Source: Octopus sinensis (Eukaryota). From it: a stretch of DNA of 64,000 nucleotides. Below, in pieces: positions 39,631 through 51,479 of this stretch. The position numbers were made by a program, and so were the translations under genes. The DNA is taken from the NCBI RefSeq assembly GCF_006345805.1, contig NC_043006.1:81096001-81160000 (forward strand), given 5' to 3'. The notes below the pieces were generated by a model that did no database searches, was not told the origin of the DNA, and saw only the letters and a list, made by a program, of their open reading frames with translations. Position 1 is the first letter of the stretch. Every line of letters begins with the position of its first letter.

Positions 39631-41337
39631 TATTTCTTATTACCCACTAGGGGCCACGAAGAGGGACACATACAAAACATGGGGGACATAAAACAATGCG
39701 ATTAAAATTATGATTAAATGAATGTTAAATGAAAAAGTGATAACATGAAAGCGATGCTAACGGCCCCCTCCGCCAGCATCACTTACCTTTCCGTTTCCTA
39801 TAACGATTCCAAAGTTTTTCACCTCACCTTTCATTTCTCTCTCATATCTCTCTATCATATCATCCTTCATAAATGCTGATAAACAATTTATACGTAGTTC
39901 ATTGCACTTGCTCATCAAAGAGCCCATGAGTTCAAAATCGAATACCGCATAGCTTCCATCCTCATACTCCTGCCATACATCGTCTTCAAAAAGCCTTCTT
40001 GCGTTCTCAGTATCCCCCTTCCCCACAACACATAAAAAGTAGGACTGGGGCTTTTGTATGTTCTGTGTGTCTGTTTTCGTTTTTCTTGTAGGCGGGAGTG
40101 GGTGGGATTGCTGTTTGCGGGGCAGGATGGGTCTCCAAGGGTGTGGGTGGTATTGGGGTGGGTTGGGGCTTCGCACAGTTTTTACTTTTCTTTCTTTTCT
40201 CTTCTTTCTGCCCTCCTCACACTCTTTTTGCATCTCCTCCTCCTCTGTCATTTCCCTTCCGTCTGCTTCTCTTTAATTTCTTCTTCTTTTGGGGCCTCCT
40301 CTTTTGGAGTTTCCTCAACGATTTCCTTTTCTCTTGGTGGGGGAGGGCAGAAGGCTCTTATGTGGCCCCTCAGGCCACACTTGTAACAACGTGGAGCTCT
40401 GCCCTCCACCCACACTCTCATAATCATGTCTCCCAATTTAATTCTCTCCGCCAGGTCCACCAGTACCTCGCTCTCCGCCTGCACGTTCAGCTCCACTATT
40501 ACGCCTCTCCAGCCCTCGGTCTTGACCGAGGCATGGAGAATATCCACTTTCTCCTCGTGGCCGCTGATCACAGCCGTCACAATCCACTCAGCCTCAACGT
40601 TTGGTGGCACTCCCTCCACCCTTACTCGTGTAATCCTTCTATTCAAGTACATTGGTAACAGTGTTACCTTTTCCGACTTCACTGTTCACCGCCATCTTCC
40701 TCGTTGCAGTCTCGCTTTTAAAATGTACCACTACAGTACCGTACTTCGATCCTCGAGTCAGAAAAATGATTTCCTCCTCCGATCTTCTCAGGGCCTCCTC
40801 TATCCATTCCATGTTTATAATTTCTATTTTCTTTCTTCGTTCGCGAACACCTTGTAAATTATGGTCCTTTATTGTACCATTCCTTTCTCTTTGCTGGTGG
40901 TTCCAGTTCCACCTCGCCGCTGTCCTTCCTCATATACCTCTGGAAACCTGGCAATTTTTCTAGGTTTATTTCTTTTTCCTGTTCCGTCTTTCTTTTGCAA
41001 CTCCTGCGTACGTTTTCCTGTTTTTTGTCTCCACATTATTTACATCACCGATTTGCTCGTCTTCAGAGTTCGATGTCTCGACAAGCTCTCAAATATCCAT
41101 TCTTCCTCCGACTCCTCCACTAGGGAGTGGTCATCCATCTCCTCCCGCCTGACAGGCCAAAACGGCCGTCAAACAGAAAGAAAAAGTGTAACGCGCAGAA
41201 ACCAGTGGAACGCGAAACCGCTTAACGCCGTTCAAAATTTCCACAACAACAAAAACAATTCTTTTTGATCTTTTTTACCGAATTTTACGAGCGTAAAAAA
41301 ACACGACCGAACTCAAACTGACGAACAGACAACTGAT
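39631..41337 (-). mobile_element. ORF1-only (gag/zinc-knuckle) non-LTR retroelement, Tx1/L1-like, copy 1
   Basis: Single frameshifted ORF ~41138-39757 with RVWVEGRAPRCYKCGLRGHIRAFCP (CX2CX4HX4C); no EN or RT; 3' end ...GCCCCTAGTGGGTAATAAGAAATA; flanked by target duplications. Confidence 0.85.
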
Positions 41338-41354
41338 CGGGACACATGTTGGTC

Positions 41355-43063
41355 TATTTCTTTATTACCCACTAGGGGCCACAAAGAGGGAACATTACAA
41401 AACATGGGGGACATAAAACAATGCGATTAAAATTATGATTAAATGAATGTTAAAATGAAAAAATGATAACATGAAAGCGATGCTAACGGCCCCCTCCGCC
41501 AGCATCACTTACCTTTCCGTTTCCTCTCACGATTCCAAAGTTTTTCACCTCACCTTTCATTTCTCTCTCATATCTCTCTATCATATCATCCTTCATAAAT
41601 GCTGATAAACAATTTATACGTAGTTCATTGCACTTGCTCATCAAAGAGCCCATGAGTTCAAAATCGAATACCGCATAGCTTCCATCCTCATACTCCTGCC
41701 ATACATCGTCTTCAAAAAGCCTTCTTGCGTTCTCAGTATCCCCCTTCCCCACAACACATAAAAAGTAGGACTGGGGCTTTTGTATGTTCTGTGTGTCTGT
41801 TTTCGTTTTTCTTGTAGGCGGGGAGTGGGTGGGATTGCTGTTTGCGGGAGCAGGATGGGTCTCCAAGGGTGTGGGTGGTATCTGGGTGGGTTGGGGCTTC
41901 GCACAGTTTTTCCTTTTCTTTCCTTTTCTCTTCTTTCTGCCCTCCTCACACTCTTTTTGCATCTCCTCCTCCTCTGTCATTTCCCTTTCCGTGCTTCTCT
42001 TTAATTTCTTCTTCTTTTGGGGCCTCCTCTTTTGGAGTTTCCTCAACGATTTCCTTTTCTCTTGGTGGGGGAGGGCAGAAGGCTCTTATGTTGACCCTCA
42101 GCCACACTTGTAACAACGTGGAGCTCTGCCCTCCACCCACACTCTCATAATCACGTCTCCCAATTTAATGCTCTCCGCCAGGTCCACCAGTACCTCGCTC
42201 TCCGCCTGCACGTTCAGCTCCACTATTACGCCTCTCCAGCCCTCGGTCTTGACCGGGGTATGGAGAATATCTACTTTCTCCTCGTGGCCGCTGATCACAG
42301 CCGCCACATCCAATCAGCCTCCACGTTTGGTGGCACTCCCTCACCCTTACATCGTGTGATCCTTCTATTCAAGTACATAGGTAAAAGTGTTACCCTTTCT
42401 GACTTCACCGCCTTCACCGCCATCCTCCTCGCTGCAGTCTCACTTTTAAAATGCACCACTACAGTACCGTACTTCGATCCTCGAGTCAGGAAATGATTTC
42501 CTCCTCCGATCTTCTCAGGGCCTCCTCTATCCATTCCATGTTTACGATCTCTATTATCTTTCTTTCGTTCACGAACACCCTGTAAATTATGGTCCTCTTA
42601 TTGTACCATTCCTTTCTCTTGCTGGTGGTTCCAGTTCCACCTCGCCGCTGTCCTTCCTCATATACCTCTGGAAACCTGGCAATTTTTCTAGGTTTATTTC
42701 TTTTTTCCTGTTCCGTCTTCTTTTTGCAACTCCTGCGTACGTTTTCCTGTTTTTTCTCCACATTATTTACATCACCGATTTGCTCGTCTTCAGAGTTCGA
42801 TGTCTCCGACAAGCTCTCAAATATCCATTCTTCCTCCGACTCCTCCACTAGGGAGTGGTCATCCATCTCCTCCCGCTGACAGGCCAAAACGGCCGTCAAA
42901 ACAGAAAAAGTGTAACGCGCAGAACCAGTGGAACGCGAAACGCTTTAACGCCGTTCAAAATTTCCACAACAACAACAACAATTCTTTTTGATCTTTTTTA
43001 CCGAATTTTACGAGCGTAAAAAAAACACGACCGAACTCAAACTGACGAACAGACAACTGATCC
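41355..43063 (-). mobile_element. ORF1-only (gag/zinc-knuckle) non-LTR retroelement, copy 2
   Basis: Highly similar to copy 1 with scattered substitutions and different indels; ORF ~42866-41483. Confidence 0.85.
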
Positions 43064-43734
43064 GCGGGAACACATGTTGGTCGAGATACGAGGCCAACAG
43101 AATGGTTTAAGAAGCAGCAGGTCGCAGAGAGAGAGAGAAAGAGAGACAGAGAGAGAGGGAATCAAAGAGGGTGGAAGGCAGGGACAGAATCAGTGACCAA
43201 GAGAAAAGGAGAAAGAAGGGATTAAGGAGGATGGGTGGAAAGAGGGGAGGAGGATGGGAGGAAGAGAGGGGAAGAATCGGAGGGCGCCAAAAAGTTTGGT
43301 GAAGAAGCAATGGCGGGGTAGGAAGACAGTGTGTATAGAAGTCGTGCAGGGTTTAAATTGGACAAACAAACGGGGGGGGGGTGCACATAACGCCGCAATA
43401 ATATAAGAATGAATGTTTTTTTATATATAATGAACGTGAAATACAGGAAGGGACGAACACGGAACACAGACAAATCATTCGAAGCCTTCAATCTTCAGTC
43501 AGACACCGAATCATCATAGCAAATTTCGGCTGTTCAATACATACATCTATATTAATATATATAATATATATATATAGTATATATATTATTGTGTGTGTGT
43601 GTGTGTGGTTTGTTGTGTGTGTGTGTGTGTATATGCATATATGTATGTGTGTGTATATGATCGATACATACAACATCCAATAAATGTGCCCTACTTTCCT
43701 CTATCTACTCATTCGAAACATATATATATATATA

Positions 43735-44748
43735 TAAAAGAGAGGTATATCCAAAATAAACTGGATTTTTGCAATGTTTATTTTATTCACATAATTCTCC
43801 GTGACTACAACATTCATCATCTTCACAATAAGCAATACATCGGTCCAGATGCGTTTTTCCAATTTTCGAAGTAGTGCTAGAACTCTTGCGCGAAGTGATG
43901 GCTCTCAACGCTTCCGCCATTTTTTTTCTTCACCTCTTACACATCTGCAAATTCCCGTAGCACCATCTTTCGTCACCAATGATGACCTTCAAATTAAAGG
44001 TCCGGATGATGAACTTCCAACTGTTCTTTCAGTTCCCGTCAGACATTCAACTCGTGACTATTTTGATCTCTGTGATCCTTCAAGCGACAAGTGAAACATC
44101 CCTAAAGCATGAAAGAAAACACTCGTAAACTTGTGCTTTGCTCATGGTAACATCCTGGTAAGCTGTTTGAAGTTATAACAGCTGTTTCCGACGCGTTTTC
44201 ACCAGCATTAAAATAGAATATCAACAGAAGCATGTTGATTTTCGTTTCAGCATTGCAAAAATCGACAAACAAGAGAGAAAACACTGCAAAAAAACAGACA
44301 CACTACGTGGCAGCAGTACGATCCACCCGACGACGCCGGTTGGAAGATGATGCACGGAGTTTCATCAAGTGGCTTACCTGCGGAACTACGACTGGATTCA
44401 AGCAATAATAAATCTGCTGAACGAGGTATAAACAGTAACTGCACGACAATGTGAGCTATATTTGCCATCACAATATGGCTAACAACTAAGGGTGGGTATT
44501 ACTGTAGCTTGTAGCCCCAGGAGAACATCTCCTTCAGCTGGCTTTAGGCACAATTTCTGTGCCCTTGCAAATACCTTAAGAGCACAGAAAATGTGCCTAA
44601 AGCCAGCTGGAGGAGATGTTCTCCTGGGGCTAGAATCTACAGTAACACCCACCCTTATGTGTTAGCCCTATGAGATGGCAAATATACACCTTACAACTGG
44701 ATTGTCCCACTGAACACTTTTCGGTTAGTTTTGTGTACCCCCTTGTAT
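43735..44748 (-). mobile_element. internally deleted mariner element (same group as 5257-6244)
   Basis: Reverse strand reads KTASETAVILQTAYQDVTMSKAQVYEWFS (clearest in the duplicate at 46711-46962), KVIIGDERWCYG and a C-terminal LDRCIA; degenerate TIRs at both ends. Confidence 0.8.
44457..44686. mobile_element. hairpin (foldback) MITE nested in the mariner
   Basis: ~100-bp near-perfect inverted arms TATATTTGCCATC...TTTCTGTGC / GCACAGAAA...GATGGCAAATATA; duplicate at 47066-47295. Confidence 0.85.
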
Positions 44749-44820
44749 ATATATATATATATAATATATATAATATATATATATATATATTATATATATA
44801 TTATATATATATATATATAT

Positions 44821-44937
44821 ATCACCGTGATCACCGTGACCGACCAGGCTATCAGATGTTGCTACAATCGCTGGTCACAATGCACTTGGCATTGTTTTAG
44901 CCTTCGAATGACGCCACCCCACTGGCAAGCGAGCAGG

Positions 44938-44941
<4 letters not shown>
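44821..44941 (-). mobile_element. 3' fragment of the 13833-type SINE
   Basis: Reverse complement of ~14021-14145; duplicate at ~47430-47550. Confidence 0.85.
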
Positions 44942-44977
<36 letters not shown>

Positions 44978-45586
44978 TAGACAGATAGATAGATATGCAT
45001 GTGTATGTGTGTGTCAGAATAAACACTTGCTGGGCATTATAATGATTATATCATGAGAGATCTATCCAATCAGATTAATTATGAAGCTTATAAATAGAGA
45101 ATAAATAAGAACATAAGAGAAAGGCAGAGAGAGACCAGAGGCCAACACAGACGCTAATGAATATGAGAAAATGTTAACCCATTAGAAATACACATTGCCA
45201 GTAACTTTTCGATTGAAGCCACCTCACAAGGAACTTTCTAATGGTACTCCGATATTCCGAATGGATAGTCAACGCCAATCTGTTAACAATTTCTGACTAA
45301 CAATCATATAAGATAAATCGAAATCATTGACTTCTCTCCCATCAAATTATTCACTTTTCCATTTACTTATTGTAGAGCCACCAATATTCTATACACACAC
45401 ACACGCACACAAACACACACACAAATACACAAACACATGCATACACATATGTATGTTTATATGTGTATACATATATGAGTGTATATATATATATAATATT
45501 AATGTATTAAGCAATTATATATTGCATACATACATATATATATATATATTAATGAATGTACGCAATTATCTATATGCATACATATA

Positions 45587-45623
<37 letters not shown>

Positions 45624-45895
45624 GCATGTACATAAAATATATATATATATACATATATATAAAATATAATATATATATATATATATATAATATATTATAT
45701 ATATATATATAATATATATATGATCATGTGTATATGTATGTATGTATGTATGTTATTCTTTAACAAGGAGAGTTTTGACACTGACTTCGAGGTTTCGGTC
45801 AGCTAAACCATCTTTGAACTCTCCTACGATGCCTTAGCTCGAAATAACTAATCCTTCAATTTCATGTAAATTTGTTTTTGTTTTAACATAATATT

Positions 45896-46080
45896 TAAGG
45901 CGGTGAAATAGCAGAGTCGTTAGTATGCCGGGTAAAATGCATAGCGGTGTTTTGTCCGTCTTTAAGTTCTGAGTTCAAAATTCCACGTCTCATCCTTTCG
46001 TGGTCGATAAAATAAATCCCAGCTGTGCACTGGGGTTGATGTAATCGAAATCGCTGGCCTTGTGCCAAAATTTGAAACCC
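45896..46080 (+). mobile_element. degenerate SINE (GGCGG..AG family)
   Basis: GAGTTCAAAATTCC, CATCCTTTCGTGGTCGATAAAA, CACTGGGGTTGATGTAATCG; duplicate at ~48496-48680. Confidence 0.75.
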
Positions 46081-46313
46081 TTACGACATAAGATCAAACA
46101 TTAAAATATGTATATATGTGTATGTGTGTCTGTGATTACGAGTATGCATAATTGAATAAGAGAAATTTTGTAAAAATACAGTGTTAAAAATAATTTATTT
46201 AAAGTGTAGACTGTTTTGATAGAATATCTATGCTTTGTGTCATATATCACTTTTATACGATATACTCCTACATTTTAATATATTTACTCAATTTCTAATC
46301 GTCTTTATATTTA

Positions 46314-46413
46314 NNNNNNNNNNNNNNNNNNNNNNNNNNNNNNNNNNNNNNNNNNNNNNNNNNNNNNNNNNNNNNNNNNNNNNNNNNNNNNNNNNNNNNN
46401 NNNNNNNNNNNNN
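46314..46413. other. assembly gap (100 N)
   Basis: Run of N. Confidence 1.
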
Positions 46414-47546
46414 ATTCTCCGTGCTAACATTCATCATCTTCACAATAAGCAATACATCGGTCCAGATGCGTTTTCCACTTTTCGAAGTAGTGCTAGAACT
46501 CTTGCGAAGTGATGGCTCTCAACGCTTCCGCCATTTTTTTTCTTCACCTCTTACACATCTGCAAATTCCGTAGCACCATCTTTCGTCACCAATGATGACC
46601 TTCAAATAAAGGTCCGGATGAACTTCCAACTGTTCTTTCAGTTCCCGTCAGACATTCACTCGTGACTATTTTTGATCTTCTGTGATCCTTCAAGCGACAA
46701 GTGAACATCCCTAAAGCATGAAAGAAAACCACTCGTAAACTTGTGCTTTGCTCATGGTAACATCCTGGTAAGCTGTTTGAAGTATAACAGCTGTTTCCGA
46801 CGCCGTTTTCACCAGCATAAAATAGAATATCACAGAAGCATGTTGATTCTTCGTTTCAGCTATTGCAAAAATCGACAAACAAGAGAGAAACACTGCAAAA
46901 CAAAGACACACTACGTGGCAGTACGATCCCACCCGACGACGCCGGTTGGAAGACTGATGCACGAGAGTTTCATCAAGTGGCTTTTACCTGCGGAACTACG
47001 ACTGGATTCAAGCAATAATAAATCTCTGAACGAGGTATAAACAGTAACTGCACGACAATGTGAGCTATATTTGCCATCACAATATGGCTAACAACTAAGG
47101 GTGGGTATTACTGTAGCTTGTAGCCCCAGGAGAACATCTCCTTCAGCTGGCTTTAGGCACACTTTCTGTGCCCTAGCAAATACCTTAAGAGCACAGAAAA
47201 TGTGCCTAAAGCCAGCTGGAGGAGATGTTCTCCTGGGGCTAGAATCTACAGTAACACCCACCCTTATGTGTTAGCCCTATGAGATGGCAAATATACACCT
47301 TACAACTGGATTGTCCCACTGAACACTTTTCGGTTAGTTTTGTGTACCCCCTTGTATATATATATATATATAATATATATAATATATATATATATATATT
47401 ATATATATATTATATATATATATATATATATCACCGTGATCACCGTGACCGACCAGGCTATCAGATGTTGCTACAATCGCTGGTCACAATGCACTTGGCA
47501 TTGTTTTAGCCTTCGAATGACGCCACCCCACTGGCAAGCGAGCAGG

Positions 47547-47586
<40 letters not shown>

Positions 47587-48266
47587 TAGACAGATAGATA
47601 GATATGCATGTGTATGTGTGTGTCAGAATAAACACTTGCTGGGCATTATAATGATTATATCATGAGAGATCTATCCAATCAGATTAATTATGAAGCTTAT
47701 AAATAGAGAATAAATTAAGAAACATAAGAGAAAGGCAAGAGACCAGAGGCCAACACAGACGCTAATGAATATGAGAAAATGTTAACCCATTAGAAATACA
47801 CATTGCCAGTAACTTTTCGATTGAAGCCACCTCACAAAAGGAACTTTCTAATGGTACTCCGATATTCCGAATTGGATAGTCAACGCCAATCTGTTAACAA
47901 TTTCTGACTAACAATCATATAAGATAAATCGAAATCATTGACTTCTCTCCCATCAAATTATTCACTTTTCCATTTACTTATTGTAGAGCCACCAATATTC
48001 TATACACACACGCACACAAACACACACACAAATACACAAACACATGCATACACATATGTATGTTTATATGTGTATACATATATGAGTGTATATATATATA
48101 TATAATATTAATGTATAAGCAATTATATATATGCATACATACATATATATATATATTAATGAATGTACGCAATGATCTATATGCATACATACATATATAT
48201 AATATAATATATATATATATATTATATGCATGTACATATATATATATATATACATATATTATACAT

Positions 48267-48312
<46 letters not shown>

Positions 48313-48912
48313 ATAATATGTATCCAGGGATATGTATGTATGTATGTATGTATGTTATTCTTTAACAAGGAGAGTTTTGACACTGGCTTCGAGGTTTCGG
48401 TCAGCTAAACCATCTTTGAACTCTCCTACGATGCTTAGCTCGAAATAACTAATCCTTCAATTTCATGTAAATTGTTTTTGTTAAACATAATATTTAAGGC
48501 GGTGAAATAGCAGAGTCGTTAGTATGCCGGGTAAAATGCATAGCGGTGTGTTTTGTCCGTCTTTAAGTTCTGAGTTAAAAATTCCACGTCTATCCTCGTG
48601 GTCGATAAATAAATCCCAGCTGTGCACTGGGGTTGATGTAATCGAAATCGCTGGCCTTGTGCCAAAATTTGAAAACCTTACAACATAAGATCAAACATTA
48701 AAATATGTATATATGTGTATGTGTGTCTGTGATTACGAGTATGCATATATGAATAAGAGAAATTTTGTAAAAATACAGTGTTAAAAATAATTTATTTAAA
48801 TGTGTAGACTGTTTTGATAGAATATCTATGCTTTGTGTCATATATCACTTTTATACGATATACTCCTACATTTTAATAATATTTTACTCAATTTCTAATC
48901 GTCTTTATATTT
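46414..48912 (+). repeat. ~2.5-kb direct duplicate of 43795-46313 across the gap (probable unmerged contig overlap)
   Basis: The copies differ mainly by 1-bp indels; one ends and the other begins exactly at the gap. Confidence 0.85.
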
Positions 48913-49577
48913 AGATATTTATTTAAATCTGTCTAACATACTTCACATAATGTCTGTTATCAAATGTATCATATATCTTCTTCAGTAATTTAAACTTTTA
49001 AAAAAAAGAAAAATATAAACTGCTACGAGTTTTTATATGAATAATTTAATTATGAAAGCAAAATAATTTAATATGAGCAGAAGATGTATTAAGTTGTTGA
49101 ATAGATACGATTTTTACTTGCAGTGAATACTTTTTCCATAGATATTACTTTCACTAAAGTCAGGCAATTCTCTCTACGCTTCAAATCTTCCATCGTGTAT
49201 ATAAGGTTTCTTCGATTTTTTCCTTTAATTTACAATTAATACATACTACACAAAGACATTTGAGAAACAGTTTGATGTTATTTTCTTTTGCAAAAGAGTT
49301 ATTATTATCCAAAAGAAGAAACCGTGAACATAGTAATTATTTTCAGGTCTCATGCTGGATCCTTAAGTCGTTTTGCGTTATTCACTAAAATAATTGTAAA
49401 CATTGCAATCTTACCATTATACTCCACCAGGTATTATGCTTGTTTTTGTTTTAACATACTTTAAAATTTAGTAGTTCCAATGATTCAGTATAGTGCACGG
49501 TTTGTTGTATAGTCAGGTAAAGTCAGATAGAATGGAGTGTGTGAACTACGTATATTAGACAATTACATCAAAATATC

Positions 49578-49629
<52 letters not shown>

Positions 49630-50165
49630 CAAATCAGAGGTAAATGAGAAGACTACCAAAATGCGTAGTGTATCGTATAATAATCTGTTATGATACAAGA
49701 CAAAAATAGTCTAAGCATTTTAATACATTGGTCTAGACTAACGGTGGGGAAACTCCCGCCCGCGAGTGCAATTGCGCCCGTGAGCACATTTTATTGCTCC
49801 CTCAGACCGATATACTCATATGTACAAAATGTAATAATTTTTTTAATTATACAATTTATACAATATTCATATGTCTATTTGCGATATAAGTCGCGTTTCT
49901 ACTACGACTTAAAACGGTTAGACTTGGACAGAAATCGTCTAGTAATTAGCATTTGGATGGAAATTTTGCTTTCACTATAAAACACATATTGCTAGGTTTG
50001 TACCATCTCCTGAAAAATATAGAATACCGCATAAGTAATATAAACGTCCTAAATTCAGGTGGTGGCATTAATGAAGATGTTAGGCGTTAATCTGTGTTAA
50101 ACTCATACATACATACATACATATCATATATAATATATTATATATATAATAATATATATATATAT

Positions 50166-50289
<124 letters not shown>

Positions 50290-51328
50290 CATATATATAA
50301 TACCAAATTGCAGATATAAAAGCCAGAACATGTGGTACCCGGGGACCTTTGTCACTGAAAACTTTTCCTCGTCACGCTAAAAAGTTTCCCCACCTCTGGT
50401 CCAGACAGTTAAATAAATGATGATTAACACATTTTCATTCCAGCAACTTCATTAATCATATTTTTTCTCAAAATAATTATAACCGCGATGTTAATATATT
50501 TTCATCTAATACTTTGTAATAATTCGCAATGCACGAAAGAGAATTATCGAATCCTTTAATAGTGTTAGAAAGTTCTAATATCCCTAATGTTTCCGCTGTT
50601 AGAATCAGCTAATTTAAATGTAATATTATTTAATAATATTGGAGACAAAATTGAAAAGATTGTAGATAATTGGCTTATACAAATCTTTGGAAACAATTTT
50701 CTAGCTAAACTATATTTCAATTTATAATTCTTCTTGTTAAATTTCAATTTTACATCTAAAAATATTTCACTGTAAAAGCAAATTCAGACATTTTCCCCAA
50801 AATTGCTAAACATTAAATTTGTAACATTATTTCTTAGTTCACCTTAATTATATTCGTTTCTAATAAAAGCAGTATTTTCAACGTTACATATATTATTATT
50901 ATGAAACAAAACTGATAATATCTATCTGTATCACTTGTTCTCTCCACTCTTTCTCTTTCCTTTTGCGTATATAATGATATGTATGTGAATGTTCAATTTA
51001 AAGGAAAGATCCAGAGGAACAATAACAAGGTAGCCAGATGTCACATAAGGGTCCAAGGAATTAGAGATCATACTTGCGTAGGAGTTAATTCCGGGGAGAA
51101 GCGAGGCGCATTTTGGAGACCATAAGAATAATGGAAAATGGAGACAAACACTCAAGATGTTATTTAAATCACCATATCACCGACATATGACCATATCCCC
51201 GACATATGCTTCGATAGATACATTAAAAGAAATCCGAGAGGATAAATAATGTGGAACAATGCATCAAAGATATTTCAACAAATGTAAGAAACTACAGTAT
51301 ATGATTTATATAGTTATACATACATATG

Positions 51329-51424
<96 letters not shown>

Positions 51425-51479
51425 TTCATACATATGTACACATTTAAAAACACCACTACTCCACACGAAAGAGACAGAT

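Larger units (their letters stand above)
39233..43537. mobile_element. non-coding host repeat with ~130-bp direct terminal redundancy (pLTR-like), split by two ORF1-only elements
   Basis: 39238-39367 is repeated at 43406-43537; the host sequence is continuous across the insertion site (GGTAGCGGGAA..TGTTGGTC | GAGATACGAGG). Confidence 0.65.

Noticed and set aside
39757-42899. LTR retrotransposon/retroviral gag or host zinc-knuckle gene
   Set aside because: No LTRs, PBS or pol, and no introns; the long TSD and SINE-shared A-rich tail indicate a non-LTR element.
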